NCBI RefSeq assembly: GCF_009914755.1
Contig: NC_060936.1
DNA from: the human T2T-CHM13v2.0 reference genome, Homo sapiens
Length of the DNA stretch: 64,000 bases
Reading direction: 5' to 3' (one strand)
Part shown: piece after piece, positions 51,337 through 64,000 of the stretch
Layout of the letters: each line of letters opens with the position of its first letter
Position numbering within the stretch: the first letter of the stretch is position 1
Notes under the pieces: model-generated
The model's database searches: none
The model's input: the letters and a program-made list of their open reading frames with translations, nothing else
What the model was told of the DNA's origin: nothing
Made by a program: the position numbers and the translations under genes

Positions 51337-54300
51337 GTAAGTCTTATACATATTCTTACTTATTTTTTGCCCAACTGAGAAGAGTTTGTTAAAATCTTCT
51401 ATTATGTGTTTCAATGTATGTTTCCTATAGATTTTACTTTATAAATGTAATAAAAGTTCTGTAAACATTTGTGGATGTTTTCTGACTTGAATTCTACATT
51501 GTTACGAGAAACAGCCCTGCTTTCTTGTTTTTTTTGTTTTGTTTTGTTTTGTTTTGTTTTCCAATTTGCTTGCTATATATTTTCCCAGCCTTTTTTTTTT
51601 TTTAGCCTTTCTGAATCATGTTGTTTTAGGTGTGTGCCTTACCTATACCATAGAGTTAGGTCTTGCTTTGTGAGCCAATTTTAAAATATTTTTCTTTTAA
51701 TAGGTAATTTAAGTTCATTCACATTTATTAATAAGTCTGATAAGCAATTATTTTATATGTCTTTCATGAGTACTATGTTTTTTCTGTATGTAAATGTTTT
51801 CTTTGTCCTTTTATTTAGAGGTTATTTAACCTTTTATTATATTTTTTCGGTTTTTAATAATAGTCTGATTCTCACCTATTGCCTATGCAACTATAAATGA
51901 GTCTATTCTACTCTGTTTTCCTTCTCCTTTCTCTTCTCCTTTTTTTGCATTATTCTTACATCTTTCTCTTTTCCTTTGTTTTATCCTTAGTTTTACAATT
52001 AAATATGTAAAATACTCCCCATCAGGTTTTTTGATGATGTTTTACCATTTATCCTTGATTGAATAAATCTGCCCCCCAGTAGGTTTCTCAGAAAGCACTC
52101 AAATGTACTGTACCCCCTGAGATTTTGCATGTTCAATATGCTTTTTTATAACATTGATACTTGAAGTACAACTTGGTTAGATATCAATCTTGGCTCACAG
52201 TTTCTTTTCTTAAGTTTCTTGAAAATGCCACTCCATTTTTGCCTTGCTTTGTAAGTTGCTCTTGAAAAGTTTAATGCCTAATTCTCTTGTCTTTTCAGGT
52301 TATTTGGTCTTTCCTTCTGCTGGAGGCCCTGAGTGTTCCTTCTTGATCTTTAAAGTTTACACTTTTTCTGCTAGCTGACCATTGGTACTCTAAGGTTCTT
52401 TCAATATGTAAATTCAGATTTTTCAAAATTTCTATAAGGTTTTCTTTTATTGTGATTTTAAATAAGTGTTCTATTTCATTGTCTTATTTTTCTTTCTTTC
52501 AGAGACTACAATTACATGCCTGTTGAATCTTCTTTACCTTCCTTCCGTTTCAATACTTTTCTAACTCTTCATATTTATTTTATCTTTATTTTCTTGGCTG
52601 TTTTCTTGCCTTACCTTTTATTACGTTTTTATTTGAATCTATTATACCTAAGGCAACTTGTAACTTTATCCTTGTATTTGAAGCGATTTTGCCTTTTTCT
52701 GACATTCCTCTTCTGAGTATAATCAGTTCTAGTTTTATTTAGCCCTATTTTTTGTCCATTTATTATGTTTTACAACTTCTGATTTAAGCTGGTTTTTCAT
52801 ATTAAAAAATGATTGTTTGAGATTATTTAATTCAGTTTAAAATGTTGTGCTACAGTTTTCTTCTGCTTTTTGCTTGTTTGAAGGGAATGACTTTTTATAA
52901 GCTGAAATGTTTTGATTCTTATTTTCTGTGTTTTTCCTGTAGTAATCTTGTCTGTATTTAGGCTGTTTCACCTATTCATTTTGTGGATTTCTGGTGATTT
53001 ACAAGATTACTGGCTGAAAAACATCTTCTCCTATCAGTGGAGTAAAGTATAAGTTTTGTTTTTGTTTTTGAAATGGATAGATTTTTATTTTTGGTGGTCA
53101 TGGTGGGAGGAAATGAGGAGTTTGAGTCCTCTGATTATTTTGGTTTTTCTTTTCTTTTTGTTTTTTTTGGTCTTTTAAGACTCTAAATTTCTTCCTTTTA
53201 TCTGTTTTTCCTTTTACTCATATTTACAGAAGGTCTTTTCTCCCACATAAGCAATGCCTTTCAAAGACTGTCACTCTCAATTACATGCATTTTTGAGTTG
53301 CTTCCTTGCAATCATTGCTCTGATCCACCAGAGCACACATCCTCTCTCTGTTTCTCTCTCTCTCTCAACAACTTAATGAGTTTATATTTAATATGGCATT
53401 TCTCACCATGGGGATGCTACTCAGTTAATCAATATAAAGGTTTTACTTTTGGGCTTTTGTTTTACATTAAATATCTTCTCCATTTCAATGTTAATATAAA
53501 GGGCTTTTTACAGTAAATATTTTCTCTATTTCATTAATAGATACATTGAACACATTTTCTAAATATTTTGTCTCTAAGGAACTGAAACTTTCCATTTTTG
53601 ACTGGCTCTATTTGATATTCAAGTACAATATTAACTTGGGAGATAACAAAACAAGTATCTAATTAAAATATAGAGAAAAGACTTCTCAACAATTTAGTAG
53701 GCAGTGATTATAACTGAACGGTGGTGATTTTCAAATATTTTGGGAAGAGATCTTTTTTCTTCCTATTTCATGTGCTTTCAAAACTATGAAATATTACTTA
53801 TGCAAATTCCAGTCATCTTACTTTTTGATCTCTTTTCTAACTGTCAAATATAAATTATAGGTTGCATTTTTCAGCACATTATTTGTTGTGAAGAAAACTT
53901 TTTTCCCCATTTAACATATATCAATTGGTTCCCATTTATACAGAAACATCTTAGAATGTGAAATTAGCTCCATTTGTTGTTTCTTGGGAGCTTTCAGACA
54001 CTGAAGCTCAGTTTTAACCTTAACAGTACAAAGGCTTTTAGGGTGAGATTTTTACATCTCATCTGTCTATTTTTCTTTCATGCATAAACTCAAATAAGCA
54101 CAATTGCCTGTAATGCTGAGAATCATACCAAACAAGAGTGATTTCCTCTGGCTTCCCCTACTTCAACAACAATCAGCACTGAAAAACACAAAATGAGGAT
54201 GTACAGTAATTATGCTAAAACAGGTCATAAAGTTGGGATATTATGGTGGCTGGATCTTGAGGACTTCAGGTTCCAAAAAAATGGTATAATTCTATCTGAT

Positions 54301-54675
54301 GTGAAATACTCCCTTCCTGGAACTCTGGTTATGAGGTTAAGAGGTTCTACTTGACACCTGCTTCCTAGAAGCAGTCATTATAGGAATGAGAAAAGAACAG
54401 TCTCCAAACTGCATTTCCCACAATCCCATAAATCCTTTCCAGTCTTTTCAAACCTAGGGTGGCCCTTCTTCTGTGGAAGTGACTTTAGATAAATCCTAGG
54501 CACTCCACTAATTTCCCTCTTCTTTTTTCCACACAGTTCTTCTAAATGGCCTTTACGCACCATAAAAATTTGCCAAAGGAGCATGAGTGATAGATACGTT
54601 TGGATTTGATATTTATTTTTCTACTTAGAGCTATTTTGAAATTTGTGTCTTTTCTTTTTTCTATTCAATGGTCGC

Positions 54676-54785
54676 CTTCCTTCTTTCCTTCCTTCCTTCC
54701 TTCCTTCCTTCCTTCCTTCCTTCCTTTCTTCCTTCCTTCCTTTCTTCCTTCCCTCCTTTCTTCCTTCCCTCCTTTCTTCCTTCCA
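54676..54785. repeat. (CCTT)n / (CTTT)n polypyrimidine microsatellite
   Basis: Directly visible. Confidence 0.95.
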
Positions 54786-55803
54786 AGCCTATATTGCTTT
54801 TGGAGTACATTTGGAGAGATTGAGTTTTAGGTAGCCATCATTATCCTTGGCTAGCCAGAATTCAGCCATTTTGGTTCCTATTTTTGCTACTGAAAAGTTT
54901 CTTTTAGTCTAATTGTGTTTTCTCTTTATATTTGGTATTTTGAAATTTTACCAAATTGTTTCTTTATTTTTATTTATCCTGTTTAAGATTTGTGGTTCCT
55001 CTTAAATTTAAGGACAAACGTTTTTCATTAACTTGAAAAAATTTACCCAGCCATTATCTTTTTTAATAGTTTCTTTTTCATTCTTTTGATCATTACCACA
55101 TGTTAATTTTTTCTTTTTCTATCTTCTACATCTCTTAACTCTCTTTTATTTTCGTTTTTATCACTGTTTTTTTGAGCTGCATCTGGGTAATTTTTTAATA
55201 CCATTTTAGAAATTTTCTAGTTATTTCTTGTTCTGTGTGTAACATACTGTTGAAATGTCTGTTAAGTTTTTTATTTCGAAAGTTATATTTTAGTTCTATA
55301 AGTCCTGTTTTTTTCTTCTCAATATACCTAACTTCATTGGTAGTATCATGTTCCTTTCTCATGCTTTCAACTTCAGTCTTGCTTTCTTGAAACATCTTAA
55401 GCTTGTTTTGTAAAATAAAGTCAAAAAATTTCACTATCTGAGGTGTTTAATTTAGTGTTTCTTGTTTATTTTAACTATTGATCAAAGTGATTGCTTTGTA
55501 ATTCTGGATTCTTAGTTCGTGGTTGGCTGGACTTTAGATATAGAAGTCCTGTGCAGTCTGTTTTGTGAGAGGCTTTATCTTTGCTTCTGCCAACTACCCT
55601 AGAAAGATACCAACTCAGAACTACCTTATAATAATTATTTGGCTTAACATTTCTGGGACCATACATGAAGTGTAAATTCATGAGAGAAGGTTTCTGGTTA
55701 TACATTTTCAAGGGAGATTTTTTTCCCCCAGAACACTGGCCAACAGGGACAAGTCTCCACATTGTTTTCCTCTGTCAATGGCAAGATGGGAAGTCTTCTG
55801 CCT

Positions 55804-56122
<319 letters not shown>

Positions 56123-56479
56123 TAATTGGGTGTATAAGCCTTTGAGGGTACAAGCATCAGTGATTATCTCATTTTCAACTCCCTACATTATGTAGGTCTA
56201 TGCCTTTGCTTCCTCTTCTAGCATAATCATTTGTAACCTCTTATTTGTTAAAATCTGCAAACATTTCCTGACAAAATGGCGTTAGCACCTAACTGTCATT
56301 CTGACTTTCAGCTTTTACTCTTTTTGCCCACTGAGGACTTTTCTTATTTTCTTGAAAGCTCAGTAAGCATTTGATAGGATTTAATAAATATTTTATATAG
56401 CATTGCCAGGGTTTTATAGTTATGTGGGAGGGAGAATGGAAAGGTGGTTTAGTAATGGAAACCTTTCCCCAAATCCTTT

Positions 56480-59562
<3,083 letters not shown>

Positions 59563-59712
59563 GTATTAAACTTTTTTAAATGATTTCATTTTATCTTCAC
59601 TATTGGCTTATCATTTATACATCTTTACAGTTTTTAAGTGGCTGCCCTAGAATTTTTTTTATTATTATTATACTTTAAGTTCTAGGGTACATGAGCAGAA
59701 CGTGCAGTTTTG

Positions 59713-61500
59713 TTACATGGGTATACATGTTCTGTTTATGTGATGGATTATGGTTATTGATTTGCATATGTTGAACCAGCCTTGCATCCCAGGAATGAAG
59801 GTGACTTGACCGTGGTGGATAAGCTTTATGATGTGCTGCTGGATTTGGTTTGCCAGTATTTTATTGAGGATTTTTGCATTGATGTTCATCAGGGATATTG
59901 GCCTGAAATTTTCTTTTTTTGTTGTGTCTCTGCCAGGTTTTAGTATCAGAATGATGGTGGCCTCATAAAATGAGTTAGGGAGGATTCCCTCTTTTTCTAT
60001 TGTTTGGAATAGTTTCAGAAGGAATGGTACCAGCTCCTCTTTGTACCTCTGGTAGAATTCGGCTATGAATCCATCTGGTTCTGGACTTTTTTTGGTTGGT
60101 AGGCTATTAATTAGTGCCTCAATTTCAGAACTTTTTATTGGTCTATTCAGGGATTCGACTTCTTCCTGGTTTAGACTTGGGAGGGTGTATGTGTCCAGGA
60201 ATTTATCCATTTCTCCTAGATTTTCTAGTTTATTTGCATAGATGTGTTTACAGTATTCTCTGATGGTAGTTTGTATTTCTGTGGGATCGGTGGTGATATC
60301 CCCCATATCATTTTTTATTGCGTCTGTTTGATTCTTCTCTCTTTTCTTCTTTATTAGTCTGGCTAGCAGTCTATCTATTTTGTGGATCTTTTCAAAACAC
60401 CAGCTCCTGGATGCATTGATTTTTTGAAGGGTTTTTTGTGTCTCTATTTCCTTCAGTTCTGCTCTGATCTTAGTTATTTCTTGTCTTCTGCTAGCTTTTG
60501 AATTTGTTTGCTCTTGCTTCTCTAGTTCTTTTAATTGTGATGTTAGACTGTCAATTTTAGATCTTTCTGGCATTTAGTGTTATAAATTTCCCTCTACACA
60601 CTGCTTTAAATATGTCCCAGAGATTCTGGCATGTTGTGTCTTTGTTCTCATTGGTTTCAATAAACATCTTTATATCTGCCTTCATTTCGTTATTTACCCA
60701 GTAGTCATTCAGGAGCAAGTTGTTCAGTTTCCATGTAGTTTTGTGGTTTTGAGTGGGTTTCTTAATCCTGAGTTCTAATTTGATTGCACTGTGGTCTGAG
60801 AGGCTGTTTGTTATGATTTCCGTTCTTTTGCATTTGCTGAGGAGTGTTTTACTTCCAATTGTGTGGTCAATTTTAGAATAAGTGTGATGAGGTGCTGAGA
60901 AGAGTGTACATTCTCTTGATTTGCAGTGGAGAGTTTTGTAGATGTCCTTTAGGTCTGCTTGGTCCAGAGCTGAGTTGAAGTCCTGAATATCCTTGTTAAT
61001 TTTCTGTCTCATTGATATGTCTAATATTGACAGTAGGGTATTAAAATCTCCCACTACTATTGTGTGGGAGTCTAAGTCTCTTTGTAGGTCTCTAAGAATT
61101 TGCTTTATGAATCTGGGTGCTCCTGTATTGGGTGCATATATATTTAGGATAGTTAGCTCTTCTTGTTGAATTGATCCCTTTACCATTATGTAATGCCGTT
61201 CTTTGTCTCTTTTGATCTTTGTTGATTTAAAGTCTGTTTTATCAGAGATTAGGATTGTGACTCCTGCTTTTTTTCTTTTTTCTTTTTTTTTGCTTTCCAT
61301 TTGCTTGGTAAATATTCCTCCATCCCTTTATCCCTTTATTTTGAGTCTATGTGTGTCTTTGCACATGAGATGAGTCTCCTGAATACAGCACACTGATGGG
61401 TCTTGACTCTTTATCCAATTTGCCAGTCTGTGTCTTTTAATTGAGGCATTTTGCCCATTTACATTTAAGGTTAATATTGTTATGTGTGAATTTGATCCTG
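59713..61500 (-). pseudogene. Disrupted L1 ORF2 (endonuclease and start of RT region)
   Basis: ORF track 60557-61300 ([19 protein letters not shown]) and 59713-60573 ([13 protein letters not shown]). Confidence 0.92.
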
Positions 61501-61567
61501 TCACTATGATGCTAGCTGGTTGTTTTGCCCCTTATCTGATGCAGTTTCTTCATAGTGTTGATGTTCT

Positions 61568-62830
<1,263 letters not shown>

Positions 62831-63497
62831 GGAGTTATGATCCTTTGGAGGAGAAGAGGTGTTGTGGTTTTTGGAATTTTCAGCCTTTTAGTGCTGGTTT
62901 CTCCCCATCTTTTTGGATTTATCTACCTTTGGTCTTTGATGTTGGTGACTTTCGGTTGGAGTCTTTGAGTGGACATGCTACTCCTTTCTGTTTGTTAGTT
63001 TTCCTTCTAACAGTCAGGCCTCTCCGCTGCAGGTCTGCTGGAATTTGCTGGAGGTCCACTCCCGACACTGTTTGCCTGGGTATCACCAGTGGAGGCTCAG
63101 TTGGAAATGCAGAAATCACCCATCTTCTGTGTTGATCTCACTGGGAGCTGCAGACTGGAGCTGTTCCTATTTGGCCATCTTGCCAGCAATCTGCCCTAGG
63201 AGTTTTCATAAACACATTTATTTAATCACAGTCTACCTTCAAATAGTATTATGCCACTTATGTGTAGCGTAATAACTTCCCTAATTTCTCTCACTCTTTA
63301 TGCAATTGTTATATGTTTTACTTTTACTTGTGCTCCAAACCCAGAGTAGGTTGCCTTTGTTTTTGCTTTAGACAGTAAATTATCTTCTAAAGTTATTAAC
63401 AAGAAAAAATATTTTATATTTACTTTGACTTTAACAATTCCAAAAGATCTTTGCATAGATTCAAGTTTCTGTCTAGTATTACATTCCTTCCTCTTAA

Positions 63498-63818
<321 letters not shown>

Positions 63819-64000
63819 AAGAACTTTCTTTAACATTTCTTGTGGCATAGGTCTGCTTAATTTCTCTTTCATTTTGAAAAGTATTTTCACTTGGTATAGA
63901 ATTCCATGTTACTTTTTTTTTCTTTTAACATTTTAAAGATGTCACTCTATGTCTTAGTTTCTTGTGATGACTATGCTGTAAATTTAATTTTTTTCCTTTA

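Noticed and set aside
54500-54600. Strong acceptor-like ccctcttctttttccacacag in non-repeat sequence
   Set aside because: No convincing paired donor or reading frame, so insufficient support for an exon.

Overview
Human non-coding DNA (a human-specific AluYb8 is present), AT-rich and dominated by repeats. I recognise no intact protein-coding gene; nearly all ORF-track entries are Alu, L1 or low-complexity artefacts. Repeats include about 25 Alus, L1 fragments of many ages (L1PA, L1PB1, L1MA, L1MB, L1ME), solo LTRs (MER83-like, LTR8A, MLT1, MST), Tigger1, hAT fossils and MITEs, and MIRs. The most notable structure is a pair of diverged, inverted ~0.75-kb paralogous modules at ~31-790 (+) and ~34190-34911 (-). 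Each has a (GT)n tract, a TATA-like box fused to an E-box, an ATG in a 37-nt coding segment, a GTCAGT donor, a ~260-nt intron and a TTTCCATCAG acceptor. Together they predict related 46- and ~61-aa peptides with many synonymous differences. Other highlights are a TSD-flanked processed retrocopy of a MER21-initiated transcript inside Tigger1, a spliced L1 (SpIRE97/790-type), a twin-primed L1PB1, a fold-back hairpin in LTR8A and two short templated insertions. Repeat family names are from recalled consensus features, not from a RepeatMasker run.
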